Positions 18,232-26,877 of a stretch of 64,000 bases of DNA are shown here, piece after piece. The translations under genes and the position numbers were made by a program. Each line of letters begins with the position of its first letter. The stretch's first letter is position 1. The notes below the pieces were generated by a model. That model was not told where the DNA came from, searched no databases, and was given only the letters and a program-made list of their open reading frames with translations. The DNA is from Candidatus Nomurabacteria bacterium (GTDB lineage Bacteria; Patescibacteriota; Minisyncoccia; Phycocordibacterales; UBA9973), in assembly GCA_016699085.1 (NCBI GenBank), contig CP064958.1:604619-668618 (forward strand), given 5' to 3'.

Positions 18232-19942
18232 TTTTTTATTGCGCCTGAGAATACTTGCTGGTTTTTTTATTGTCCTCATTATGCTTATTGCACTGAGGCT
18301 TTTTAGTGTTCAGATTGTGCATAGTGAGGATTATAAAGATCGAGCTGATCGTCAATACGCTGCACCTGCCAGCTCTCTTTTCGAGCGAGGTAGTATATTT
18401 TTTACTGAGAAAGATGGATCGAACGTAAGTGCAGCAACATTGAAGACATTATATAAGGTAGCAATTAAGCCTAAAGAAATCAGTGATAGTGATGCGACGT
18501 ATGCATTTCTCGAACCGTATGTATCACTAACACGTGAAGAATTTCAAAAGAAAGCAAAAGCGATTGATGATCCATACGAACAAGTTGCCAGTCGATTGCC
18601 TAAAAGTGTCGCTGATGCTATTGAAGCTAAACATTTGCCAGGTGTCTATGTATATAAAGAAAAAATTAGATTTTATCCAGGTGAAAGCCTGGCGGCGCAG
18701 GCTTTGGGATTTGTAGCTTATAAAGGTGATGAACTCTCTGGTCGTTACGGTATTGAGCGAATGTATAATGCGATCTTATCCCGTGACAGTAGTACAACTC
18801 AGGTGAATTTTTTCGCAGAAGTATTTTCAAATATTACAAAAACCATTTTTAAAAATCCTGAGGCAGAGGGTGATATTGTACTGACACTTGACCCCGCAAT
18901 ACAAGCAACGTTTGAGAAAACCTTACTCGAAACTAAGACCAAATGGAATGCGGACGCTATTGGTGGCATCGTTATTAATCCGATCGATGGTGCAATTTAT
19001 GCCATGGCATATGCGCCAACCTTTGACCTAAATGCATTTCAGAGTGTCGAAGATCCACTCTTGTATGCAAATCCAAATGTTGAGAACGTCTACGAATTTG
19101 GTTCTGTGATTAAGCCTCTAACGCTTTCTGGTGGTCTCGATACTGGTGTGATCAAGCCTACAACAACCTACGATGACAAGGGTTTTGTGATACTAAGCGG
19201 CAAACAAATAAATAACTTTGATAAAAAAGCTCGTGGACCAGGAACCAGCATGCAAGATGTGCTCAATGAATCATTAAATACTGGCTCTGTCTTTGTTATG
19301 CAAAAAATGGGTCGTGAAAGTTTTAAGAAATATATGCTCTCGTTTGGTATAGGAGACAAGACTGGCATTGACCTGCCAAACGAAACCAGCGGCCTCATAT
19401 CGAATCTAAAGACCAATCGTGATCTCGAGTATGCCAATGCTGCCTTTGGTCAGGGAATCGCTATTACACCGATCGAGGCTGTACGTTCATTTTCAGCTAT
19501 TGCAAATGGTGGACTGATGATTACACCTCACTTGGTGAGCCAAATCAACTACACCAATGGCACGCATACAGAAATTGAACCAAAGGCAGGTACACGTATC
19601 TTGAAGCCTGAAACTTCTCTCGCGATGACAGAAATGTTAACCATTGTGGCTGATACAATGATGAAAACATATAACGAATCACTGCCACATTATAGTATTG
19701 CGGTTAAGACTGGGACGGCTCAAATTGCCAAAGCTGATGGTACTGGCTATATCGAAGGCCAGAATCTGCACTCTATATTCGGCTACTTTCCTGCGTATGA
19801 TCCGAAATTCCTAACTTTTGTCTATATGAAAAACCCAAAAGGTGCGAAATTCTCAGCGCAAACCTTATCTGGGCCGCTTCTGAGTACAGCGTCGTTCCTA
19901 CTTAATTACTACGACGTAACACCGGATATTACTTCCGAGTAA
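18221..19942 (+). CDS. ftsI: Peptidoglycan D,D-transpeptidase FtsI (PBP3-type).
   Basis: SVIKP (SxxK), SLN (SxN), KTGTAQ (KTG) motifs; N-terminal TM; dcw-cluster position. Confidence 0.9.
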   Translation: MTSNFLLRLRILAGFFIVLIMLIALRLFSVQIVHSEDYKDRADRQYAAPASSLFERGSIFFTEKDGSNVSAATLKTLYKVAIKPKEISDSDATYAFLEPYVSLTREEFQKKAKAIDDPYEQVASRLPKSVADAIEAKHLPGVYVYKEKIRFYPGESLAAQALGFVAYKGDELSGRYGIERMYNAILSRDSSTTQVNFFAEVFSNITKTIFKNPEAEGDIVLTLDPAIQATFEKTLLETKTKWNADAIGGIVINPIDGAIYAMAYAPTFDLNAFQSVEDPLLYANPNVENVYEFGSVIKPLTLSGGLDTGVIKPTTTYDDKGFVILSGKQINNFDKKARGPGTSMQDVLNESLNTGSVFVMQKMGRESFKKYMLSFGIGDKTGIDLPNETSGLISNLKTNRDLEYANAAFGQGIAITPIEAVRSFSAIANGGLMITPHLVSQINYTNGTHTEIEPKAGTRILKPETSLAMTEMLTIVADTMMKTYNESLPHYSIAVKTGTAQIAKADGTGYIEGQNLHSIFGYFPAYDPKFLTFVYMKNPKGAKFSAQTLSGPLLSTASFLLNYYDVTPDITSE

Positions 19943-20058
19943 TTACAAATTTCAAAAAAAATGTTATAGTGTTTTCGCAATTTGGCCCTATCGCCCCCGC
20001 CTGCCCTCATGAGTACACGAGGGAGCGGGCAGGTAACGGCTAACGCATTAAAATCGTT

Positions 20059-20295
20059 ATGTACTTTGTCTATGTACTTAAAAGCAAAAAGGATGAGAAA
20101 CTTTATTATGGGTTTACAGAAAATATAGAAAAAAGGTTACATCAACACAATAATGGTGAAGTTCGATCTACGAAATATAGAATTCCACTTCAGTTGCTTT
20201 ATTATGAGAAAGTGGATAATCTTACAGAAGCACGAAAACGCGAAAAGTATTTTAAATCTGGATTTGGTCGAAAATATATAAAAAGTAAACTTTAG
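20059..20295 (+). CDS. GIY-YIG nuclease family protein (UPF0213/YhbQ-like small GIY-YIG).
   Basis: MYFVYVLKSKKDEKLYYGFTENIEKRLHQHNNG...; GIY-YIG motif spacing and conserved R and E positions. Confidence 0.85.
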   Translation: MYFVYVLKSKKDEKLYYGFTENIEKRLHQHNNGEVRSTKYRIPLQLLYYEKVDNLTEARKREKYFKSGFGRKYIKSKL

Positions 20296-20300
20296 CATTT

Positions 20301-20375
20301 GGCCCTATCGTCTAACGGCTAGGACAGATCCTTCTCAAGGATTAAATCAGAGTTCGATTCTCTGTAGGGTCACCA
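20301..20375 (+). tRNA. tRNA-Glu (anticodon CUC), CCA encoded.
   Basis: Hand-folded cloverleaf: acceptor GGCCCUA/UAGGGUC, D arm GUCU-AACGGCUA-GGAC, anticodon arm GAUCC-UUCUCAA-GGAUU (U33, anticodon CUC, A37), 4-nt variable loop, T arm CAGAG-UUCGAUU-CUCUG, discriminator A, CCA. Confidence 0.8.
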
Positions 20376-20428
20376 GTTGCCAGATCTAGCAATTTTTCCC
20401 CCTTGATTAATATTTAAATTGAACTTTA

Positions 20429-21541
20429 ATGATAGCGAGATTTAAATGTCAGATAATACCAAGTTTTTCAATTCCAGTACCGGTATATTCGGTACTAGAA
20501 CCCATTAAGACTCACTTGGGTATAATGGAGGTTGTAATTCATTCACCGCTACAGGCAGAGGCTGAGCTCCCTGATCTAAGTCTGCCGCGACAGGTATTAC
20601 CAGGAAAAACACCACCTTATTTTTCACCAAAAACTCATCCTGTTGTCTCAAATACGAAGATTAATGACGAGGAAACCATAAAAGCTAATTTGATTTTTAT
20701 CGATTTTAAGAAGGAGAGCTTTAGGCGATTTCGTAAAGAACCAAACCCAACTGACCCTTCGAAAGAACAAGTTGAAGAAATTTTATTGCTTTATATTTCT
20801 TCGATTAGAACGATCCTTCAAGGTGGTCAGATAAAGTTTAAACCCATAGACTCAATTCCTTGGATGATTGAATATCTGAATGATGACTACTCCGAACTAC
20901 CCATAGATGAGGCATTGATTAGGGGCGCATTCAATTTTAAATCTGAATTTAATATTTCCCCAATAGATGGGCCTTTATGGGAGCAAATTAAATTGCTCGT
21001 TATGACCAAAGAAAAACCACACATTTGGGAGACTTTATATTTAAATGCGTTATCAGTTTTACCAGATAGCGGAGCAGCCATAACCCTTACGTTTGCATCA
21101 TTAGAAAATCTTATTAACCACGCTTTAGAGTCTCTTGTAGTAAAAAGTAGTATAACCCCTGAGGTTTGGGATTGGATTAAAATTCCGTCAAATGAAAAAC
21201 GTAATTGGTTCAAGGAACCATCCGTGATTGAGCAATACACAAGTATTTTACACATGGTTAGTGGGAAAAATATACAAGAAGATAAGGAATTGTCTGAGCT
21301 ACTTTTAGAGATCAAGAATGTAAGAAATAATTTTATTCATGAAGGTTTACTTTTAAATTCTAAGAAGAAGGAGTTATCTGATACTGAAGTTGAAAATCTT
21401 GTAAGAAGTGCCTCAAAAATTATTGAATGGGTTGAAAGTTATTTACCTGAAGAAAAGCGCCGCAGGAAAAACACGACAAAAATAAATTTTGAGGACTCAA
21501 TAATTTATGACACAACACAGCTTAATGATCGCTCTAATTAA
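20429..21541 (+). CDS. Hypothetical protein with a C-terminal HEPN-like motif (R-x4-H: VRNNFIHEG at about nt 21320-21346); candidate RNase/abortive-infection-type effector. The true start is likely downstream of 20429.
   Basis: Rx4H motif in an all-helical C-terminal segment; no other recognisable domain; located next to a tRNA and an XRE regulator. Confidence 0.5.
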   Translation: MIARFKCQIIPSFSIPVPVYSVLEPIKTHLGIMEVVIHSPLQAEAELPDLSLPRQVLPGKTPPYFSPKTHPVVSNTKINDEETIKANLIFIDFKKESFRRFRKEPNPTDPSKEQVEEILLLYISSIRTILQGGQIKFKPIDSIPWMIEYLNDDYSELPIDEALIRGAFNFKSEFNISPIDGPLWEQIKLLVMTKEKPHIWETLYLNALSVLPDSGAAITLTFASLENLINHALESLVVKSSITPEVWDWIKIPSNEKRNWFKEPSVIEQYTSILHMVSGKNIQEDKELSELLLEIKNVRNNFIHEGLLLNSKKKELSDTEVENLVRSASKIIEWVESYLPEEKRRRKNTTKINFEDSIIYDTTQLNDRSN

Positions 21542-21774
21542 TTTTTGTATCTGTTTCTTTTTCTCATTTCTCTTAACGCCTCCCCATACAACTGATGTGG
21601 ATACACCCCATAGAGCACACAGAGCCTAAACAAGTACTCTGTTCCTGGATAGTAATGTCCTTGCTCCCATTTAGAAACTTGGCCTTCATCTGTAAATCCT
21701 AGGTACGTTGCCACGTCTTTCTGTGTAAGGCCATTGAGCTTCCTAGCTTCTCGTAGTTTGTTTGGTATAGGCAT
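21538..21774 (-). CDS. XRE-family helix-turn-helix transcriptional regulator (78 aa).
   Basis: LREARKLNGLTQKDVATYLGFTDEGQVSKWEQG is a typical Cro/C1-type HTH. Confidence 0.8.
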   Translation of the reverse strand: MPIPNKLREARKLNGLTQKDVATYLGFTDEGQVSKWEQGHYYPGTEYLFRLCVLYGVYPHQLYGEALREMRKRNRYKN

Positions 21775-21777
21775 AGG

Positions 21778-22110
21778 TTATAGCGAAGGGAACCTACCTA
21801 AGAATGGTAAGTCATTATCAAGGTTCTCCAGCTTCTCCTTGGTCTCTTTTTCCTTCTGCTCCCGCTCCCAAGCATCTACTTTCTCCTGAGCCTTCTCAGC
21901 AACACCAGGGAGTGACAAAGCTTTTAAATCCGCTATACTGCTTTGTACTGGTCTCTTATTTTCTAGCAATTCGGAAATCCAGACATTTGGATCACAAACG
22001 GCGCAAAGCCAAATAAACTGCTTTATTTGCGAGCCGTTCGTGAAGCCGCAGTCATGTCGCTTTGCGACAGACGAGGCGGGGTCGCAAGTACTTACGTAGA
22101 ATTTGAGCAT
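21778..22110 (-). CDS. Hypothetical protein (110 aa), co-oriented with and immediately upstream of the XRE gene (3-nt gap).
   Basis: ORF only; acidic/Lys-rich C-terminus; no recognisable motif. Confidence 0.4.
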   Translation of the reverse strand: MLKFYVSTCDPASSVAKRHDCGFTNGSQIKQFIWLCAVCDPNVWISELLENKRPVQSSIADLKALSLPGVAEKAQEKVDAWEREQKEKETKEKLENLDNDLPFLGRFPSL

Positions 22111-22199
22111 AGCGAAAAATTATACTTAGTAACTTGTGACCACATAAACAAAGTACGCGCAGCGTACAAAATAATGGCACCTAAACCCATAATCAAAAC

Positions 22200-23432
22200 A
22201 TGGAAAATCAAAACTTTAGCAACGGATCAGCCAAAAAGAATGAAAAAGAAACTCAAAACAATGAGGTGTCTTTGGGTGCAGATAGTGTTTCAAAGAAAGA
22301 ATTAGGTAAAAAGGAAAAAATAACCCTGGAAATTAATGGGCAAACAATTGAAGCAGTAAAGTATTATTTTGAATACCCTGAAAAGATTCAAAAAGAATCA
22401 GGGATTTTGGGGTATGAGAGAACAAAGATTTCAATAGATGAAAAGTTGATAAGTGACGAGATGGAGCATTATGAGCAATCTAAAATAATTACAGATTTAC
22501 TTGTTACTTTATCAGATGGAGAATATCCTGAGACATGTGTTACGCATAAATTCGGAGCTTATGGTTCTCATGAAGGATTCAAAAAAGGGTTTGCTGAGGA
22601 TAAATTTTTTGTTCAAAAAATATATGATTTAGATCGGATAGAAAAACTAAAAGATGAAATGGATCCAAATTACATATTTAATAACAATGGTGCAAAATTA
22701 GACATTTTTAATAAAAAAGACAACAGCCCCTATTCTGAAAATACCTATGGAAAAATTCCTGAACACCAAGTCTATCATGAAGGAGTACTCTTTTATGAGA
22801 CTACCCCAATTGCAAAAATTCCAAAAAAAATCTTAAGCAATGAGAGTGAATTTTACATTAAAAAAGATTTTTACCTAGAACCAGGGAATTTTTGGCATGG
22901 TGTAGGAATAAAAGATATTGGATTTGGTTTTTCAGTTCTCAATGATCCTTTTTTCTTAAAATATATTGAAGAATCCATTTTACTTGATCCTGAACCTTTA
23001 TTTAAATCTGAGGACTCTACCACAAAGGATATATTTTGTATTTATCTTATAAATGAGTACCATCGACTTGGTTACTCTTTTATTAGTAACTCATCTGATG
23101 ATAAAACTATCGATGAAATAAAAAGAAAATTTATTTTAAAAATAGATGAAATTGCAAAAGAATTTTTAAAAAACAAGATATTATCCAATGGTGATTTATA
23201 TAATTCTGAAATTAGTATGGGTAAGTATGCCACAGAAAAATTTTTAGGGCGTTCGGGTGCTTTTAAAGGAAATTATTTTGTAGGTAATGAAATAAAAATT
23301 CCAATTTTTATGAATCATGACAATATTCCCCAGCTTTCGTGGGGTCACGCAAAATATGCTCATTATTTCAATGATAAAGGTTTAAATTTTTTCAAGTTCA
23401 AACACGCAGACTATTTACCAAAGAAAGAGTAA
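22200..23432 (+). CDS. Hypothetical Lys/Asn-rich protein (410 aa) in a markedly AT-rich segment.
   Basis: Long ORF, composition distinctly more AT-rich than flanking housekeeping genes; no confident domain assignment. Confidence 0.55.
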   Translation: MENQNFSNGSAKKNEKETQNNEVSLGADSVSKKELGKKEKITLEINGQTIEAVKYYFEYPEKIQKESGILGYERTKISIDEKLISDEMEHYEQSKIITDLLVTLSDGEYPETCVTHKFGAYGSHEGFKKGFAEDKFFVQKIYDLDRIEKLKDEMDPNYIFNNNGAKLDIFNKKDNSPYSENTYGKIPEHQVYHEGVLFYETTPIAKIPKKILSNESEFYIKKDFYLEPGNFWHGVGIKDIGFGFSVLNDPFFLKYIEESILLDPEPLFKSEDSTTKDIFCIYLINEYHRLGYSFISNSSDDKTIDEIKRKFILKIDEIAKEFLKNKILSNGDLYNSEISMGKYATEKFLGRSGAFKGNYFVGNEIKIPIFMNHDNIPQLSWGHAKYAHYFNDKGLNFFKFKHADYLPKKE

Positions 23433-23696
23433 ATAAATTCTTCAAATCTATAATGCTACGGTTCATTTTTCATATTTACAAACATATTTTCTCAAGATGA
23501 CACAATGAAGGACTTGAACTTTTTTAATTCTTTGTTGCATTTTGGATTATCTTTTATCTGAACCTTCATTAGTACAAGCAGCTGCAATGACTACTTTTTA
23601 CATTGTGGTACTAAAATCTCTAATACTGCTTTTTTTCCTTAAGTTCACCATGATATAAAAATGTCCATTATAAAATGGTTATCCACAGCTAAATTC

Positions 23697-23725
23697 TTGC
23701 AAGAGAACGAATGTTCTCCTATACT
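23697..23725 (+). promoter_or_regulatory. lexA promoter with embedded SOS (Cheo-type) box: -35 TTGCAA (23697-702), 17-nt spacer containing AGAACGAATGTTCT (23704-23717), -10 TATACT (23720-25).
   Basis: GAAC-N4-GTTC inverted repeat read directly; it sits exactly in the spacer between plausible -35/-10 hexamers, about 205 nt upstream of lexA. Confidence 0.6.
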
Positions 23726-23731
23726 ATATTC

Positions 23732-23920
23732 ATGAGCAAGCATGAATATTTTAAATCAATACATAAGGAACTTAAAAAGATCAATAAAGTTATTGATGAG
23801 AAAATTATTCTTGGCAAGAGCTACAAAGAAGAATCTATGCGTCATAAATTTCTCCTTACACAAATCCGCAAATTGCAAAATAGTCAGATGATGTATAAAT
23901 TCATGACTTTTCTATTCTAA
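23732..23920 (+). CDS. Possible small protein (62 aa from ATG 23732) co-transcribed with lexA. The ORF-track start at 23711 lies upstream of the predicted transcription start.
   Basis: ORF ends 1 nt before the lexA ATG; Lys-rich; no homology recognisable. Confidence 0.3.
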   Translation: MSKHEYFKSIHKELKKINKVIDEKIILGKSYKEESMRHKFLLTQIRKLQNSQMMYKFMTFLF

Positions 23921-23921
23921 T

Positions 23922-24497
23922 ATGTTTGAAACATACAAAAACAAAATAGTAGCGTTCTACAAATCCAACAAGCGTATGCCAAGTTATTCAGAAATTATGA
24001 AAATTACCGGACTCAAATCAAAGAGTCCGGTATTTAAGCTCGTCGGCAAGCTCGTCGAGCAAGGATTCATTGGGAAAGACGCAAACGGTAAACTTATCCC
24101 CAAGCAATCATTTAACAGCATTACACGACTTTCTCAGACAGTATCTGCCGGATACGGTGCAGCTGTGGAAGATGAGGTGGGGGAAAAGGTTGACCTTGAT
24201 GATTGGCTTGTCAGAGATAGTAGCAAGACGTTTGTACTTGAAGTAAATGGAGATTCGATGAAGGATGCCAGCATTCTCGATGGTGACAGTGTCCTTGTTG
24301 AACGGACGACTAACTTCAAAGATGGTCAAATCGTTGTCGCGCTTTTAAACGATGGCTATACAGTCAAATATCTCCGGAAAACACAAAAGTCTATGTATCT
24401 TGAACCAGCAAACAAAAAGTATAAACCCATATATCCAACTGAAGATAATCAAATAGAGCTTGTCGCTGTGGTAAAGACAATCATACGAGAGTTATAA
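23922..24497 (+). CDS. lexA: LexA repressor (winged-HTH plus S24 peptidase domain).
   Basis: C-terminal S24 catalytic Ser in GDSM and Lys in TVKYL; N-terminal wHTH; SOS box upstream. Confidence 0.85.
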   Translation: MFETYKNKIVAFYKSNKRMPSYSEIMKITGLKSKSPVFKLVGKLVEQGFIGKDANGKLIPKQSFNSITRLSQTVSAGYGAAVEDEVGEKVDLDDWLVRDSSKTFVLEVNGDSMKDASILDGDSVLVERTTNFKDGQIVVALLNDGYTVKYLRKTQKSMYLEPANKKYKPIYPTEDNQIELVAVVKTIIREL

Positions 24498-24586
24498 AAC
24501 ATAAAGTAAAACAAAAGTATCTTGACAGGATATGTAAGTAGAGTATTCTATTTTCAGAAAGCTATTTAAATCCAAAAACTACTAGT

Positions 24587-24958
24587 ATGGCCACATCCAG
24601 CAAGCTCAGTGATAAAAAGAAAATAGTAAAAATAAAAAACTGGTATATGTATGCAATTTGCATCCTTGTTGCCACTACCTTAGGTGTGTATAGCTATCAA
24701 TATTTTTGGGAAATATATCCTAAAAGCGATAATCCATATAGCTATATGATATTTATATCAATGCCTATTGGACTGTTGTTTAGTCTAATATTACTCATGG
24801 CAATTGCCGATTGGAGAGATGTGTTTATGGTTACTATTTCGAGACGCATGTACTATATGATAAAAAATATTTTAGATAGGATTATTTTCCTACTAACAAT
24901 AATTGGTATAACATTGTTCCTACTAATTTTCTTTACACTTATTGTTATTTTAATTTAA
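24587..24958 (+). CDS. Hypothetical integral membrane protein (3-4 TM helices).
   Basis: Hydrophobicity pattern only. Confidence 0.45.
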   Translation: MATSSKLSDKKKIVKIKNWYMYAICILVATTLGVYSYQYFWEIYPKSDNPYSYMIFISMPIGLLFSLILLMAIADWRDVFMVTISRRMYYMIKNILDRIIFLLTIIGITLFLLIFFTLIVILI

Positions 24959-24999
24959 AAAACTTCTGGTATTTCCAGAAGTTTTTGTTTTGATAACGA

Positions 25000-25470
25000 T
25001 TATTGTACTAATTTGTACATTTTAACATGTGGCTCATCACGTAATAGAAATATGTCAGATTGTATAGACCAGCCTAATTTTTTATAGAATCCTATCGCTG
25101 ATTGTCTGGCATTACACCAAAATTCATGAATATTTGTTTCGAGAATTATTATTGTCTCAGCGGTTATTAGTAATTCTTTACCGATTCCATACCCTTGGAA
25201 CTGAGTATGTGTTGCCATGCCGCGCAGTTGATATGCAGGTTTTTGTTCCCAAACGTTTAAAATAAATGTGGCGCATCCAAGGATATTTCCTATAGGGTTG
25301 CCAGTCGGATCTTGCCAGTAAGCTCCAAAATGATAGGTTGTACTCTCATTATCGCCTATAAATATGGCCTCATCTTTTGGCAGGCCTTGCCTTAGAATGT
25401 GATGCCTAAGATCAAATATTGCTTCAATATCTACTTTTATTGCAATACGAGCAAGTATGTTATTTTCAAC
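25000..25470 (-). CDS. GNAT-family N-acetyltransferase.
   Basis: Acetyl-CoA-binding motif A (QLRGMATHTQFQGYGIGKELL); start chosen at MVENN. The ORF is open to 25518. Confidence 0.7.
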   Translation of the reverse strand, partial: VENNILARIAIKVDIEAIFDLRHHILRQGLPKDEAIFIGDNESTTYHFGAYWQDPTGNPIGNILGCATFILNVWEQKPAYQLRGMATHTQFQGYGIGKELLITAETIIILETNIHEFWCNARQSAIGFYKKLGWSIQSDIFLLRDEPHVKMYKLVQ

Positions 25471-25546
25471 CATTATAAATTTTTCATTACAATACCATAT
25501 CAAAAATAATATGTACACCTAATGAGATGTAACAAAAATACCTGTT

Positions 25547-26797
25547 TTGCGTTACTATATAGGCATGAAATCACATACACGAAACATATTGTTACTGGCA
25601 GGTGTTGTTCTCATTGCTCTATTTTTTATAATAAGCAATAAGTACAACTTGCCTGTAGCTATACCCAATGAATCTGAAGATATACCTACAATAAAATTTG
25701 ATGCGCCAATCTTTATTTCACCAATTAGTGATCTAGGGTTAGATACTAGTACGCTGTCAGGTTATTTTTCTCTCGCTCCTGATGGCTCAAAAATTCTTTT
25801 TAATGGTATGGGAACAGATGATGAAGTGCATACTGCTGTTGCGCATTTGGATACAGGTAGTGTTGAAGATTTAGAAGGGAATTTACTTTCTGGTTGGGTA
25901 GATAGCGATCTGGTTGTACTCACAAGTAATACTGATATTGTGTTGCATGATTTTAAGACTGATAAGATATATACGATACCGTCCGATGGCAACATGTACC
26001 AAGGCTCACTTTCTCCAGATAGGAAGTGGTATGTCTATCACACACAACAAGGCTTGCGACTGTTCAATCTAGATACTCAAGCGGTCACTGTGCTTTCAAC
26101 TAATAACTACGATGGCGCACATGCATGGTATGCAGACTCAAAACATATCCTCGGGTATAGAGGGACCGATGAAAATCTATTTGAAGCAGGCAAAGGCAAG
26201 CAGTTGGCTATCTGGGACATAGAGACCAAAACATATCAGGATCTACATGTAACACTTCCTATTCATACGCTCAAATATGTTGAATGGCTTGTTCCAGACC
26301 ATATAGCAAGAGTTGTGGCAGGATATGATGACGGATCACATGATTACATCGTCAATATTGATAAAAACATGGTAGTTGATCTAGGTGATACATCAGGGAT
26401 GCTTATGGGTGGTATTGCTATTGATCAGAGTCTGGGCTTGATTGCCTATGTCGGACCAACATACTCAATAAGCGGGGACACAAAAAATAGCGCTAAAGTG
26501 TACACATTTGATGGGGTCATACAGAAAGAAGTACCATTTGCATTTAGTCCTGATCCGAATGCATATGAGAGTAGGGAAAGTGTACGAATACTGAGTGATC
26601 ATGAACTTATATATATTAAAAAAAATGCAGACAAGGGTAGTGCGGCAACAGCATCAATCATAAAACTAGACCTTACAACTCAGGAAGAAATCACACTCCG
26701 AGTAGTTGATGCTTCGGTAAAGCAGATTGCAGTATTGCCTGATCATACAGCTTGGATTACCGCAGATGCGAAGCAGTTTTATATCGAGAAGCTATAG
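25547..26797 (+). CDS. Membrane-anchored β-propeller-like protein (TolB/PD40-like repeats), function unknown.
   Basis: N-terminal TM; repeated D-G-S/K...F/Y β-strand motifs (DGSKILF, SPDRKWYVY). Confidence 0.55.
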   Translation: MRYYIGMKSHTRNILLLAGVVLIALFFIISNKYNLPVAIPNESEDIPTIKFDAPIFISPISDLGLDTSTLSGYFSLAPDGSKILFNGMGTDDEVHTAVAHLDTGSVEDLEGNLLSGWVDSDLVVLTSNTDIVLHDFKTDKIYTIPSDGNMYQGSLSPDRKWYVYHTQQGLRLFNLDTQAVTVLSTNNYDGAHAWYADSKHILGYRGTDENLFEAGKGKQLAIWDIETKTYQDLHVTLPIHTLKYVEWLVPDHIARVVAGYDDGSHDYIVNIDKNMVVDLGDTSGMLMGGIAIDQSLGLIAYVGPTYSISGDTKNSAKVYTFDGVIQKEVPFAFSPDPNAYESRESVRILSDHELIYIKKNADKGSAATASIIKLDLTTQEEITLRVVDASVKQIAVLPDHTAWITADAKQFYIEKL

Positions 26798-26877
26798 TAT
26801 CAAATAAATATACAAAATGATATTTGTGTGGTAGAGTATTTGACACGTTCTTTAAAACAATAAAAAAGGAGGATATA

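Noticed and set aside
19994-20040. GC-rich segment CCCCCGCCTGCCCTCATGAGTACACGAGGGAGCGGGCAGG, read as a possible intrinsic terminator for ftsI.
   Set aside because: It is an imperfect hairpin and not followed by a T-run. It is interpreted instead as an insert within the partial tRNA 5' copy.
23433-23700. Looked for a direct repeat of the tRNA-Glu 3' end (TTCGATTCTCTGTAGGGTCACCA) marking the far boundary of an integrated island before lexA.
   Set aside because: No convincing match found by eye; the island boundary therefore remains undefined, and the islet may be a remnant rather than an intact integrative element.
23711-23731. ORF-track start at ATG 23711 for the small ORF upstream of lexA.
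   Set aside because: This ATG lies inside the LexA operator and promoter spacer, upstream of the predicted transcription start. If the ORF is real it more likely starts at ATG 23732.
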